Positions 22,291 to 32,225 of a DNA stretch of 64,000 nucleotides are shown here, piece after piece; the first letter of the stretch is position 1; each line of letters opens with the position of its first letter. Position numbers and translations under genes: made by a program. This DNA comes from an uncultured Alphaproteobacteria bacterium (lineage in GTDB: Bacteria > Pseudomonadota > Alphaproteobacteria > HIMB59). The notes beneath the pieces were generated by a model. That model had not been told where the DNA came from. It saw nothing but the letters and a program-made list of their open reading frames with translations, and searched no databases. The stretch lies in assembly GCA_902523135.1 (NCBI GenBank), contig CABYYB010000001.1:69044-133043 (forward strand). The letters run 5' to 3'.

Positions 22291-22813
22291 TTGGAGTCAA
22301 AAACGAGTCTGGGTGAAATTGTAAACCACAAATATCATATTTATGACTTTCCAAACACATTGCAACATTAGTTTCTTCACATCTCATTGTAATATGCATT
22401 GAAGAGGAATTAAATGGCTCTTTTAGTTTTAAAGAATGGTATCTACCTACTTGATATAAAGCATTATTAGGAAATCTTAAACTTTTTGAATTCGTTCTAA
22501 TATAAGTCTGATAACCATGAAATATTTTTTCTTGCTTAGAAATAGTTCCACCCTCTCCATTAGCAATAAGTTGAAAACCAAGACAAATACCAATTATTTT
22601 TTTCTTTGATTTATAATTATTATAAATATCAAGTGATACTGGGTAATCTGAGGGCTTCCCTGGTCCTGGAGAAAAAATAATGATGTCAGATTTTTTTATA
22701 AATTTTTCTTTAATGTCATAAAAATTTTTTACTTCTAAATTACCAAATCCTGACAACAAATGTGCAAGGTTATAAGTAAAGGAGTCTTCGTGGTCAATTA
22801 AAAGTAAGTTCAT
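22247..22813 (-). CDS. pabA: ADC synthase glutamine amidotransferase subunit
   Basis: DSFTYNL, SPGPG, GICLGFQ, RYHSL and QFHPDS. Confidence 0.88.
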   Translation of the reverse strand: MNLLLIDHEDSFTYNLAHLLSGFGNLEVKNFYDIKEKFIKKSDIIIFSPGPGKPSDYPVSLDIYNNYKSKKKIIGICLGFQLIANGEGGTISKQEKIFHGYQTYIRTNSKSLRFPNNALYQVGRYHSLKLKEPFNSSSMHITMRCEETNVAMCLESHKYDICGLQFHPDSFLTPNGKQFIRKIIQYKK

Positions 22814-24015
22814 TTTAATAAATCCAATAACGATTTAGCTTTTAAGTAATTTTCATGGTATTCATTTTTTGCAGTACTATCTAAAATCACACCACTAGCA
22901 GCAAATACCTCATTATTTTTTTGAAAATTTAAAATAGATCTAATTATTATGTTAAAACTCATATCCTGTTTAGAGCGATAGTAACCAAAAGAACCAGTAT
23001 AAATTCTTCTTGGTTCTTTCTCCTCTTTATTGAGTAATTTTAAAGTATTAATTTTTGGACAACCTATAACTGAGCCACCGGGCATCATCGCCTTAATCAC
23101 TGCAGATAACCTTACATTATCAAGAAGCGTTCCTGAAATTTCAGAGACATTGTGGAAAATGTATTGGTATTTTTGAACAAATTTTAAATTTTGAATTTTC
23201 ACAGTGTTTGCCTTAGTTATACGACTTAAATCATTTCTTTCTAAGTCAACAATCATATTATGTTCTTTGTCTTCTTTTTGATTATTTTCAAAAAACTTTC
23301 TAGCCTCTTTTGTTGATTTTACCTTATCTCTGCTTACTGTTCCTGCTATTGGGGAGGTGATGATTTTTTTTCCTTTTACCTTAAAAAGGTTTTCAGGAGA
23401 GCAACTAATTATATTAAAATCATCTGTTCTAACACAAAAAGACTCTGGACTAAGATTTTTCTTCATCAAATTGAAAAATAAATTCACTACATCTAAATCT
23501 TTTTTGTTCGAATATTTCTGAGCAATTTTAATTTGATAGGTTTCACCAGCCCTTATATTTTTTTTAAATTTATTAAAGATTTTTTCATATACTTGGACGT
23601 TTGGACTTACAGATATTTTATTGCTATTTGAAGAAGTAGTTTTATTAAAAGCTTTAAGGTCTTTTAGTAATTTTGATTTAGATTTGGTTATAATTTTAAC
23701 TTGTTTATCTAAAATTATTTTAGTTTGTGGTCGAAAAAAAACTCCCTCTGGAAAAGATGAATTATCTTTATTTACTTTTAAATTAATATTCTTACAAAGT
23801 AATTCATAACCAAAGAAGCCAATATAACAATCATAGGGTTTATATGATTTAAATCGCTCTAATTTATTTAAAAACTTATCTAAATTACCTATATTTAAAT
23901 TAACTTTTTCAGCAAAATCCGTATATATTTCGAAATTATTTTTATCTGAGTTTCTATAAATTATTAATTCTTTATCAGAATTTAATAAAACACTGAGTAT
24001 TTCAGAATTATTCAT
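22810..24015 (-). CDS. pabB: ADC synthase component I (chorismate-binding)
   Basis: GETYQI, SPE, PIAGT, EHNMIVDLERNDL, PGGSVIGCPK and YTGSFG; folate operon context; ATG at 24015. Confidence 0.85.
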   Translation of the reverse strand: MNNSEILSVLLNSDKELIIYRNSDKNNFEIYTDFAEKVNLNIGNLDKFLNKLERFKSYKPYDCYIGFFGYELLCKNINLKVNKDNSSFPEGVFFRPQTKIILDKQVKIITKSKSKLLKDLKAFNKTTSSNSNKISVSPNVQVYEKIFNKFKKNIRAGETYQIKIAQKYSNKKDLDVVNLFFNLMKKNLSPESFCVRTDDFNIISCSPENLFKVKGKKIITSPIAGTVSRDKVKSTKEARKFFENNQKEDKEHNMIVDLERNDLSRITKANTVKIQNLKFVQKYQYIFHNVSEISGTLLDNVRLSAVIKAMMPGGSVIGCPKINTLKLLNKEEKEPRRIYTGSFGYYRSKQDMSFNIIIRSILNFQKNNEVFAASGVILDSTAKNEYHENYLKAKSLLDLLK

Positions 24016-24084
24016 AAGCAAATTTTAGTTATAAAGATTATTTATTCAACTGAAGCGATTGCTACAATTTCACATTCATTTATG

Positions 24085-24113
24085 AAAAATGCACCCTAAC
24101 CAATGGGGTGCAT
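24085..24113 (-). terminator. Intrinsic terminator of the Fe-binding protein gene
   Basis: On the - strand: atgcacccca-ttggt-tagggtgcat followed by a T-tract. Confidence 0.75.
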
Positions 24114-24157
24114 CGGGCCTATTTGAAGCGACCAACCTTTAAAATATAAAAAATCTA

Positions 24158-25159
24158 CTACTCGTCGTAATTTATTTTATTTAAAATATTAACAACAGCT
24201 TTTCGATTTTCAGCTATTTTTAATAAATCAATATTGTCAAACTTAGCGCCTCCTGCTAATTCATTAACACCATCTGATAATGGTACTTCGGGTGAAACAG
24301 GAAATTCATTATTGTCATTTGCGTATATGCCCTGGGCTTTTTGACTAACTAAGAAATCCAAAAGTTTTTCAGATTTTTCTCTAGAACTTTCTTTAAGTAA
24401 AGCTATACCAGAAATATTAACATGAGTTCCTCTATCCTTTTGGTTAGGAAAAACAATTGTTGCTTTCTCGAGCCATATCTTTTGTTCTTCATTATTGAGC
24501 ATCTTGAAATAATAATAATGGTTGCCGATACTTAGATCACAAACCCCTGCATATATTGCTTTGACTTGGTCTCTGTCGTTACCCTGAGGTTTTCTAGCTA
24601 AATTTGCCTTTAAATTAATCAAATAATTCTCTAACCACTCCTCACCATGATGAGCCATCAAAGATGCAAACAATGAAACATTATATGGGTGAAAACCAGA
24701 TCTTGTACATATTCTTCCTTTATATTTTTCAGATACTAAATCCTCATAAGTAATATCATTAAGACCTAAATCTTTATTCACGTATATAATCCTTGCTCTT
24801 TGAGTAAGGCCTATCCAATTATCACTTTGGAGATGAGAGGGCACAGCAGAAGAATTATTAATTTTAATTGAGGCTCCTGCTTCAGCTACATCAATTAATC
24901 TTGATATATCTGATGCTAAGAATACGTCAGCTACAGGCTTATCTTTTTCTAAAATAATTTTTTGAACTAAGCCTTTCTTGGAATATATCCATTCAACATC
25001 AATACCAGTTTGACTCTCAAATTCATTTAAAAGAGGTTCAATTAACATTGGTTGTCTTTCTGAGTAAATTTTTAATACATCATCCGCATGTGCACCACTA
25101 AAACCAATAAAGAAATTAATTACTAAAATCTTTATTAAAAAAGAAATTAAATTTTTCAT
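24158..25159 (-). CDS. Fe(3+) ABC transporter substrate-binding protein (FutA/SfuC-like)
   Basis: Signal peptide, IYSER, RARII, YNVSL, KPQGNDRDQVKAI, NHYYY and GTHVNISG. Confidence 0.88.
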   Translation of the reverse strand: MKNLISFLIKILVINFFIGFSGAHADDVLKIYSERQPMLIEPLLNEFESQTGIDVEWIYSKKGLVQKIILEKDKPVADVFLASDISRLIDVAEAGASIKINNSSAVPSHLQSDNWIGLTQRARIIYVNKDLGLNDITYEDLVSEKYKGRICTRSGFHPYNVSLFASLMAHHGEEWLENYLINLKANLARKPQGNDRDQVKAIYAGVCDLSIGNHYYYFKMLNNEEQKIWLEKATIVFPNQKDRGTHVNISGIALLKESSREKSEKLLDFLVSQKAQGIYANDNNEFPVSPEVPLSDGVNELAGGAKFDNIDLLKIAENRKAVVNILNKINYDE

Positions 25160-25264
25160 ATCATATTACTAATCTCAAATTGAAAAAATCTAAATACAAA
25201 AAAAAATGAATGTTACAAATGAATAAAAAAAAACTATTTCTGAAATGAACTACAGATTAAAAAT

Positions 25265-25681
25265 TTACTTTTTTTTTAAATTTATAACTAGTGAATATTC
25301 TTCAAGAAGTGATAAGCAAGCTGGTATAGGAAGATCTTTGTGAAGCTCTTTGCAATCGTCATAATCATAGATACGGTTTTCTTCTTGATTATAAACATGT
25401 ATATGATCGGTAGTATTAGTGTCGTAAAATGATTGTTTATCAACAACGATTTGTTTTAAATATCCTTTATCAACAAGGGTATTTAGATTTTCATAAAGAG
25501 TAGTCAGAGAAAAATAACTTCTATTGTCTTTTAGAATTTCATTAATTTGATTAATAGAAAAATGTTTATGATTGCCATCAAAAATTGACTTTAAAAGCAC
25601 CACTCTCTGTTTGGTCTGTCTCCAGCCACAATTTTCTAAGACCACATCAATATCTTTTTTACAAGCGTTTGATAAGTTCAT
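25265..25681 (-). CDS. Fur-family transcriptional regulator (Irr-like)
   Basis: RQTKQR, KHFS, TLYENL and FYDTNTTDHIH resemble Irr (YFDTN..DHHH). Confidence 0.75.
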   Translation of the reverse strand: MNLSNACKKDIDVVLENCGWRQTKQRVVLLKSIFDGNHKHFSINQINEILKDNRSYFSLTTLYENLNTLVDKGYLKQIVVDKQSFYDTNTTDHIHVYNQEENRIYDYDDCKELHKDLPIPACLSLLEEYSLVINLKKK

Positions 25682-26059
25682 CAGAGTTAAACTATGTTAA
25701 ATTTCATTATTTATCAATACTTTCAGGATAAAAATTAAAGACAAAATAGCACTATTAGATTGAAATGGGTTTTAAATAACTTTGTTTAGTTAGCTGTATC
25801 AAGGCTTACTCATGTTAGTGACATTCACTTTATTTTTTTTTTGAGAGTTCAATTGATACATAACATTTACTCTATCAATAAATGATATTGGATAATATTT
25901 TTCCTCGACGATTCTTTTTATTTTAAGATTACAAACTTTATTTTTAATTTTTCTCATAGGCATATAAAATGCCTATAAGAAAGATATGTAAATTAGTTTT
26001 TTTTTTGCCTTTAAGTTTCTATGACTATTTAAATTTTCTGAAACTTATTTCAAATTTTA

Positions 26060-27166
26060 TTAGTGACAATCTTTAATTGAATTTGCAATTCCATTAATTA
26101 AATCACTATACATTGAAGGTCCAGCATCTATATAAGCTCCCAAAGGATCCATTACACCAGTAGAAATTTTCATATCATTCCCGATAGTTTCAATTATTTT
26201 TGGATTATATTGAGGTTCAGAAAAAATACATTTAATACCTTTGTCATTTATAACATCTTGTATATCTGCTATTTGTTTAGCTCCTGGTAAAACATCTGGA
26301 TTTAAAGTCAATGCTCCAGCAGGAATTACTCCAAATCTATTCTCAAAATATTGGTAAGCATCATGAAATACAACATAACTAATATCCTTTGATAAGATTT
26401 TCTTATTACTATCAACTAGTTCATCTAAAGATTTGATTGTTGCATTTGCATTATCTTCATATTTGACTTTGTTATTCGGATCTAAATCTGAAAGCTCGTG
26501 AGCAATTTCTAAGACCATTTTTTTGGCATTAACAGGATCTAGCCAAATGTGGGCATCAAACTCACCGTGTGCATGTGCGTGTGCATCGTTGTGATCGTCA
26601 TCGTGACCTTCATGTTCGTCTTCATGGCCATCATGATCATCATCGTGATCATCGTCCTTGTGACCATGATCATCCTCATCCTCATGGCCTTCATGTTCGT
26701 CTTCATGGCCATCATGATCATCATCGTGATCATCGTCCTTGTGACCATGATCATCCTCATCCTCATGGCCTTCATGTTCGTCTTCATGGCCATCATGATC
26801 ATCAAAGATATTTTTTTCTCTAAATTTTAACTTTTCTATAGATGATAGCGCCATAAATGAAATAACTTGTGATTCCTCAGCAAGTGAGTCTAGAGGTTTT
26901 TCCATAAAAGCCTCTAAATCCTCACCAATCCAAAAAATAATATCAGCTTCTTCAATCATTTTTGCATGAGAAGGTTTAAAAACAAAAGTATGAGGATTAT
27001 TTGTTCCTTCGATTATTAGAGAGGGTTCACCTATACCTTTCATAACACTCGACACCAATGAGTGGAGAGGCTTAATAGTAGTAACTACATTAACTTCTGC
27101 TTTAGCACTAAAACTGAAAAAAAATGAAACCAATATTATAAAAATTGATTTTTTAATAAAATTCAT
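26060..27166 (-). CDS. znuA: Zinc ABC transporter substrate-binding protein
   Basis: TTIKPLHSL, NPHTF, long His/Asp loop, DAHIWLDP, FHDAYQYF and CIFSEPQ. Confidence 0.95.
   Translation of the reverse strand: MNFIKKSIFIILVSFFFSFSAKAEVNVVTTIKPLHSLVSSVMKGIGEPSLIIEGTNNPHTFVFKPSHAKMIEEADIIFWIGEDLEAFMEKPLDSLAEESQVISFMALSSIEKLKFREKNIFDDHDGHEDEHEGHEDEDDHGHKDDDHDDDHDGHEDEHEGHEDEDDHGHKDDDHDDDHDGHEDEHEGHDDDHNDAHAHAHGEFDAHIWLDPVNAKKMVLEIAHELSDLDPNNKVKYEDNANATIKSLDELVDSNKKILSKDISYVVFHDAYQYFENRFGVIPAGALTLNPDVLPGAKQIADIQDVINDKGIKCIFSEPQYNPKIIETIGNDMKISTGVMDPLGAYIDAGPSMYSDLINGIANSIKDCH
26607..26803. repeat. 81-bp tandem repeat (~2.4 copies) encoding the ZnuA His/Asp loop
   Basis: catgttcgtcttcatggccatcatgatcatc recurs at 26611, 26692 and 26773 (27-aa unit). 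Confidence 0.95.
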
Positions 27167-27185
27167 ATTTATTACTCCTCTAAGT

Positions 27186-27215
27186 GTTATATTATTACAT
27201 ATGTAATAGTATAAC
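27186..27215. promoter_or_regulatory. Zur operator (30-bp near-palindrome, two abutting boxes) between znuA and znuC
   Basis: gttatattattacat|atgtaatagtataac (1 mismatch) resembles GTTATnnnATAAC Zur boxes. Confidence 0.8.
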
Positions 27216-27241
27216 GTTTCAAGTATGTCAATATATAAAAA

Positions 27242-27994
27242 ATGAATAACAGTCTGGTTGAATTAAATAATTGTGGAATCTTTAGAAATCAAAAATGGTT
27301 AGTGAGGGGTGTTTCTTTAAAAGTCTCACAAGGAGAAATTGTAACACTAATCGGACCCAATGGGTCAGGTAAATCAACTACTGCTAAAATGTCTTTAGAT
27401 ATTTTGAAACCTGATGAAGGTACAAACACAATTAAAAAAGATATTAGAATTTCATATGTACCACAAAAAATTTCAATTGATTGGTCTTTACCCTTGAGGT
27501 CAATAGATTTTGTTAATTTAGTAACAAAACATAAAACTAGTGAAATAAATGATGCACTTGGAATTACTGGTATCCAACATCTGATTAATGAAGATGTAAG
27601 AAATTTATCAGGAGGTGAATTTCAACGATTACTCATGGCCCGTGCCATAGCTAAAGAACCCCATTTTCTTGTATTAGATGAACCTGTTCAAGGAGTAGAC
27701 TATTCTGGAGAGATCGCTTTATACAAAACAATTCAAGAAATTGTAAAAAAAATTAATTGTGGCATTCTTTTGATATCACATAATTTACATGTCGTTATGT
27801 CTCAAACTGATTATGTTATTTGTCTTAATGGGCATGTTTGCTGTTCTGGTATTCCCAGTTCAGTTATAAAAGATCAAGAATACATTAAGCTATTTGGTAG
27901 TAATATTGATCCTACTTTATCGCTGTATAAGCATAATCATGATCATCATCATTTACCTGATGGAAGCATAAAAGAGGCGGATAAAAATAAATAA
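27242..27994 (+). CDS. znuC: Zinc ABC transporter ATPase
   Basis: GPNGSGKST, YVPQK, LSGGEFQR, LDEPVQGVD, CLNGHVCCSG and His-rich tail. Confidence 0.95.
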   Translation: MNNSLVELNNCGIFRNQKWLVRGVSLKVSQGEIVTLIGPNGSGKSTTAKMSLDILKPDEGTNTIKKDIRISYVPQKISIDWSLPLRSIDFVNLVTKHKTSEINDALGITGIQHLINEDVRNLSGGEFQRLLMARAIAKEPHFLVLDEPVQGVDYSGEIALYKTIQEIVKKINCGILLISHNLHVVMSQTDYVICLNGHVCCSGIPSSVIKDQEYIKLFGSNIDPTLSLYKHNHDHHHLPDGSIKEADKNK

Positions 27995-28815
27995 TGTTTG
28001 ATGATTTTATTATCAGAGCGTTTGTAGCAGGTATTGGTTTAGCATTAATTACAGGCCCACTTGGATGTTTTATTATTTGGAGGAGATTATCTTATTTTGG
28101 TGACACAATCGCCCACTCTGCATTGTTGGGTGTAGTTATCGCTTATGCAATGAATTTTAATCTGATCATTGCAGTTTTTGCTGTTTCTTGCTTTATTGCT
28201 TTGTCACTACTTTTCCTACAAAAACAAACCAATCTACCTGATGATGCATTACTAGGTCTTTTAGCACATTCAGTTTTAGCAATTGGTTTAGTTTTATTAG
28301 GTATACTTTCGTTTATAAGAATTGATCTTATGGGTCTTCTTTTTGGTGATATTTTATCAGTAAACATCACTGATGTTTTGTTCGTTTGGGTTGGTGGAAG
28401 CATTGTTTTGATAGTGTTAATACTAATTTGGAGGCCTCTATTTGCTGCAACTGTAAATTTAGAATTAGCTAAAGCAGAGGGCTTAAATGCTGATCTAGCT
28501 AATGCTATTTTTACAATTCTAATTGCCAGCGTAATAGCAATTTCAATTAAAATTGTTGGAATATTATTAATTACAGGTCTTCTGATAATACCTGCTGCTG
28601 CCTCTAGAAATTTATCATCTACCCCTATACAAATGGCAATAATTTCATCAGTGATAGGACTTGTTTCAGTTGTACTCGGATTACAAACTTCAATGATTTG
28701 GAATTCTCCGACAGGCCCAACTATACTAGCAATAGCCTTAGGTGTCTTTATTTTAACTCTGATACCTCTGAAAAAATTGCTAATTTCAAAAAAAAAAATA
28801 GAATTATCAGATTAA
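27994..28815 (+). CDS. znuB: Zinc ABC transporter permease
   Basis: GPLGCFIIWRRLSYFGDTIAHSALLG and LFGDIL. Confidence 0.95.
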   Translation: MFDDFIIRAFVAGIGLALITGPLGCFIIWRRLSYFGDTIAHSALLGVVIAYAMNFNLIIAVFAVSCFIALSLLFLQKQTNLPDDALLGLLAHSVLAIGLVLLGILSFIRIDLMGLLFGDILSVNITDVLFVWVGGSIVLIVLILIWRPLFAATVNLELAKAEGLNADLANAIFTILIASVIAISIKIVGILLITGLLIIPAAASRNLSSTPIQMAIISSVIGLVSVVLGLQTSMIWNSPTGPTILAIALGVFILTLIPLKKLLISKKKIELSD

Positions 28816-28816
28816 G

Positions 28817-29230
28817 ATGAGTTCAACACATACACATTCTAAAAAAAGTCGAAGTTTAACCAAAAATCAAAGAATTGTTCTTGATCTCTTACAAAACAGT
28901 GGCGAGCCTTTAAAGGCATACTTTATATTAGACAGTCTGAAGAAAGAGGGTTTAAACTCACCTCTTCAAGTTTACAGAGCTTTAGATAAATTGGTTAAAT
29001 TAGGAAAAATTCACAAAATTGAGAGTATTAACTCATTTATAATATGTAATAACTCAAACTGTGCGAGCAATACCGCTTTTACCATTTGCGAGAGATGTGG
29101 AAAGGTAAAAGAGATTAAAAATAAACATTTAAAGGATAGTGTCAGTGATCTGGTTAAGGATAATCAATTAGAAATTACAAGGTATAACCTTGAATTTTAT
29201 GTTTTGTGTAAGTCTTGCAAAATAAATTAA
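28817..29230 (+). CDS. zur: Zinc uptake regulator
   Basis: LTKNQ, QVYRALDKL, HKIESINSF and two CxxC motifs; in the znu operon. Confidence 0.88.
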   Translation: MSSTHTHSKKSRSLTKNQRIVLDLLQNSGEPLKAYFILDSLKKEGLNSPLQVYRALDKLVKLGKIHKIESINSFIICNNSNCASNTAFTICERCGKVKEIKNKHLKDSVSDLVKDNQLEITRYNLEFYVLCKSCKIN

Positions 29231-29319
29231 TCAAAAACTAATCTCTAAATAAATCCCTATTTTATTGCATTTTTGACTATTGACATAAATAAAGACCTAT
29301 ATATATTGACCGACTTATT

Positions 29320-29844
29320 ATGTACGCAGTTCTTAAATCAGTTGGTAAGCAATTTAAAGTGTCTCCAGGAGATGTTTTAAAAATTGATAAAATAGAGGGT
29401 AACGTTGGTGATACCATATCTTTTAAAGATATCGTTGCAGTTGGAAATGGCGACAAGTTTGAACTTGGTTCTCCAGCTGTAAAAGGTGCAGAAGTATCTG
29501 CAAAATTACTGTACCAGACTAGAGGCGATAAGATTAGAGTTTTTAGAAAAAATAGAAGAAAACATTTTCAAAGAACTAAAGGTCATCGTCAATATATCTC
29601 TATATTAAAGGTCATGGCAATCAAGTCCGCCATTGGAGAAGAAAGCTTTAAAGAGCCAGCTAAGAAAGCTGCGCCAAAAGCAGAAACTCCAAAAAAAGTT
29701 GAAAAAAAGGCTGAAACTCCAAAAAAAACTGAAGTAAAAGCTACAGAAACAAAAAAAGTTGAAGCTAAAGCTGAAAAACCTAAAAAGGTTGAAGCTAAAG
29801 AAAAAAAGACTGTGAAAAAACAAACAACTGAGGTAAAAAAGTAG
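29320..29844 (+). CDS. rplU: 50S ribosomal protein L21 with Lys/Glu/Ala-rich C-terminal tail
   Basis: MYAV...GKQFKV and GHRQ. Confidence 0.95.
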   Translation: MYAVLKSVGKQFKVSPGDVLKIDKIEGNVGDTISFKDIVAVGNGDKFELGSPAVKGAEVSAKLLYQTRGDKIRVFRKNRRKHFQRTKGHRQYISILKVMAIKSAIGEESFKEPAKKAAPKAETPKKVEKKAETPKKTEVKATETKKVEAKAEKPKKVEAKEKKTVKKQTTEVKK

Positions 29845-29848
29845 AAAT

Positions 29849-30094
29849 ATGGCAACAAAAAAAGCAGGTGGAAGTTCCAAAAACGGAAGAGACTCGGCTG
29901 GTAGAAGGCTTGGAGTTAAAAAGTTTGGTGGAGAACACGTAATTCCTGGAAACATTATTGTTCGTCAGCGCGGTACAAAATTTTACCCGGGCGAAAATGT
30001 TGGGATTGGAAAAGATCATACTCTTTTCTCCTTAGTTGAAGGCAAAGTTCTGTTTAAAAAATCTCGAAACAGACAGTTTGTTTGCGTTAACTAA
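29849..30094 (+). CDS. rpmA: 50S ribosomal protein L27
   Basis: [24 protein letters not shown]. Confidence 0.98.
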   Translation: MATKKAGGSSKNGRDSAGRRLGVKKFGGEHVIPGNIIVRQRGTKFYPGENVGIGKDHTLFSLVEGKVLFKKSRNRQFVCVN

Positions 30095-30127
30095 ACCCAC
30101 TTAAAAAAAACTTCAAATTAAACTGTT

Positions 30128-31114
30128 ATGGCATTTATAGATAAAGCAAAAATATATATTAAATCTGGAAATGGTGGGCACGGCGCTCTTAGTTTTCGAA
30201 GAGAAAAATTTGTAGAGTACGGAGGCCCTAATGGTGGAAATGGTGGAAAAGGTGGTGATGTTATTTTTCGAGGGAACAAAGGAATCAACACTCTCCAACG
30301 ATATCGTTTTAACCAACATCATAATGCGCAAAATGGTATGGGTGGTGCTGGTCAATTAAAAACTGGCGCAAGCGGTAAAGATCTTATTTTAGACGTCCCT
30401 TGTGGAACTGAGATATACACCGAAGACATGAGTATTAAAATTCATGAGATTTTAAAAGATGATGAAACTTATCATTTTTTAAGAGGAGGTCAGGGAGGCA
30501 AAGGCAATGCTCACTTTAAAAGTTCTACTAATAGAGCACCTCGTAAGTTCCAACAAGGAGAAAAAGGACAAGAGTCAACTGTCAGATTAAAGCTGAAAAT
30601 ATTAGCTGATGTTGGTTTGGTGGGAATGCCAAATGCAGGTAAATCTTCAATTTTAAATTTTGTAACGAATGCTAAGTCAAAAGTTGCTGATTATGCCTTT
30701 ACAACACTTCATCCACACATCGGAATGGTTCAAAAAGAAGATCTTGAATTTGTATTAGCAGATATACCTGGACTCATAAAACATGCTAGTGATGGGAAAG
30801 GACTAGGTCATGATTTCTTATCCCATGTTGAAAGGTGTAAAATTTTAATTCACGTCGTAGATATCACTGAAGAAGAACCTTTTGAAAATTATAAAGTTAT
30901 TCGACAAGAACTTTTAAATTATGGAGGTAAAATAGAACAAAAAAAAGAAATTATTGCACTAAATAAGATTGAAATTGCTGATCAGAAAAGGGTTGAGGAA
31001 ATTAAAAAAGAATTTGAGACTTTAAATCAAGAAGTTAAATTGATTTCAGCTGCAACGGGCCATCAATTAGATCAATTAACAAATTTATGTTTGGAATATT
31101 TACAAGATGAATAA
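30128..31114 (+). CDS. obgE: GTPase Obg/CgtA
   Basis: SFRREKF..GGP.GG, GMPNAGKS, YAFTTL and DIPG. Confidence 0.97.
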   Translation: MAFIDKAKIYIKSGNGGHGALSFRREKFVEYGGPNGGNGGKGGDVIFRGNKGINTLQRYRFNQHHNAQNGMGGAGQLKTGASGKDLILDVPCGTEIYTEDMSIKIHEILKDDETYHFLRGGQGGKGNAHFKSSTNRAPRKFQQGEKGQESTVRLKLKILADVGLVGMPNAGKSSILNFVTNAKSKVADYAFTTLHPHIGMVQKEDLEFVLADIPGLIKHASDGKGLGHDFLSHVERCKILIHVVDITEEEPFENYKVIRQELLNYGGKIEQKKEIIALNKIEIADQKRVEEIKKEFETLNQEVKLISAATGHQLDQLTNLCLEYLQDE

Positions 31115-32225
31115 AAAATTTTTAGAATTAGCTAAAAAATCAAAAGTTATTGTCATTAAAGTTGGCTCAAATATTTTAGTTAATGAAAAGCATGTGCTGA
31201 GGAAAAAATGGCTAAGCTCCCTAATTGCAGACGTGAAAGAACTTCAAAAGAGAGGTTCTAAGATAATCATTGTTTCATCTGGTGCAATCGCTTTAGGTAG
31301 GAATATACTCTCAAAAAAAAAGTTGACTAATTTGCATGAAAAGCAGGCTGCTGCATCAATAGGTCAAATACAACTCTCGCAACAATGGCAAAAAGCTTTT
31401 GCAAAATTAAATATTCAAAGTTCTCAGATTTTAATAACAGCTGAAGATTTAAACGAAAGAAGAAAATATTTGAACATCAGAAATACAATTTACTCTCTAA
31501 TGGATTTAAATGTTGTTCCAATAATTAATGAAAATGATACTACCTCGACAGAAGAAATTCGTTTTGGAGATAATGATAAACTTTCTGCTATGATCGCAAA
31601 TGCCCTGTCAGCTGAGTTATTAATTTTATTATCTGATGTGAATGGTCTGTATACTGCAAATCCTAAAAAATCATTGCAAGCTAAACTGATTACATCTGTT
31701 GAAGAGGTTGATCAACAAATAGAAAAATATATTGATAAAGATTTAAGTGAGTTTGGTTCTGGTGGGATGTTGGCAAAAATCAATGCTGCAAAACTGTGTA
31801 TTCAATCTGGATCCACCATGATCATATCAAATGGTTTGGTGAATAATCCTTTGAGTAAGATTGATCCTCAATCTTCAACATGGTTTCACCCTTCCAAAAA
31901 TATTCTGACAAGCCGCCAGCAATGGATTTGGAATAGACCAATACAAAAAGCAATTGTTCATATTGATGAAGGGGCCTCAAAAGCACTCAAGAAAAATTCA
32001 AGTCTGTTGGCAATCGGTGTAAAGTCAATCGATGGAAAGTTTTATCGTGGTGATACTGTTTCGATCCATTACAATAAAAAAGAGTTAGCTAGAGGCATGA
32101 TTAATTATGATTTTCAAGAAATGGATAAAATAAAAGGTAAAAAATCATCAGAATTTAGTGAAATTCTAGGCTTTGTCCGAGAGGATGAGATTGTTCATAA
32201 AGATAACTTGGTGAGATCGAGATGA
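31107..32225 (+). CDS. proB: Glutamate 5-kinase (with PUA domain)
   Basis: VIKVGS, VSSGA, INENDT, FGDND and GSGGM. Confidence 0.95.
   Translation: MNKKFLELAKKSKVIVIKVGSNILVNEKHVLRKKWLSSLIADVKELQKRGSKIIIVSSGAIALGRNILSKKKLTNLHEKQAAASIGQIQLSQQWQKAFAKLNIQSSQILITAEDLNERRKYLNIRNTIYSLMDLNVVPIINENDTTSTEEIRFGDNDKLSAMIANALSAELLILLSDVNGLYTANPKKSLQAKLITSVEEVDQQIEKYIDKDLSEFGSGGMLAKINAAKLCIQSGSTMIISNGLVNNPLSKIDPQSSTWFHPSKNILTSRQQWIWNRPIQKAIVHIDEGASKALKKNSSLLAIGVKSIDGKFYRGDTVSIHYNKKELARGMINYDFQEMDKIKGKKSSEFSEILGFVREDEIVHKDNLVRSR

Noticed and set aside
24051-24131. Possible riboswitch upstream of the folate operon (hairpin flanked by two tgaagcga)
   Set aside because: The hairpin plus T-tract is explained as the terminator of the upstream gene, pabB appears leaderless, and I cannot match THF, ZTP or SAM consensus. 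An Infernal/Rfam scan would settle it.
25178-25194. Possible Irr ICE box upstream of the Fe-binding protein gene
   Set aside because: Only one half-site matches, which is too weak in AT-rich DNA.
25675-25702. dif-like XerD arm (ctatgttaaat)
   Set aside because: No matching XerC arm at the 6-bp spacing. The XerC-like arm gctgtgcataa at 49016 likewise lacks a XerD arm.
25799-25957. 52-codon minus-strand ORF (MRKIKNKVCNLK...) between znuA and the Irr-like gene
   Set aside because: No SD or recognisable motif, and it is poly-A rich. It could be chance and is not supported enough to call.
26539-26830. Three short overlapping ORFs and a CRISPR-like periodicity
   Set aside because: These are alternative frames of the ZnuA coding repeat. 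There are no unique spacers and no cas genes.
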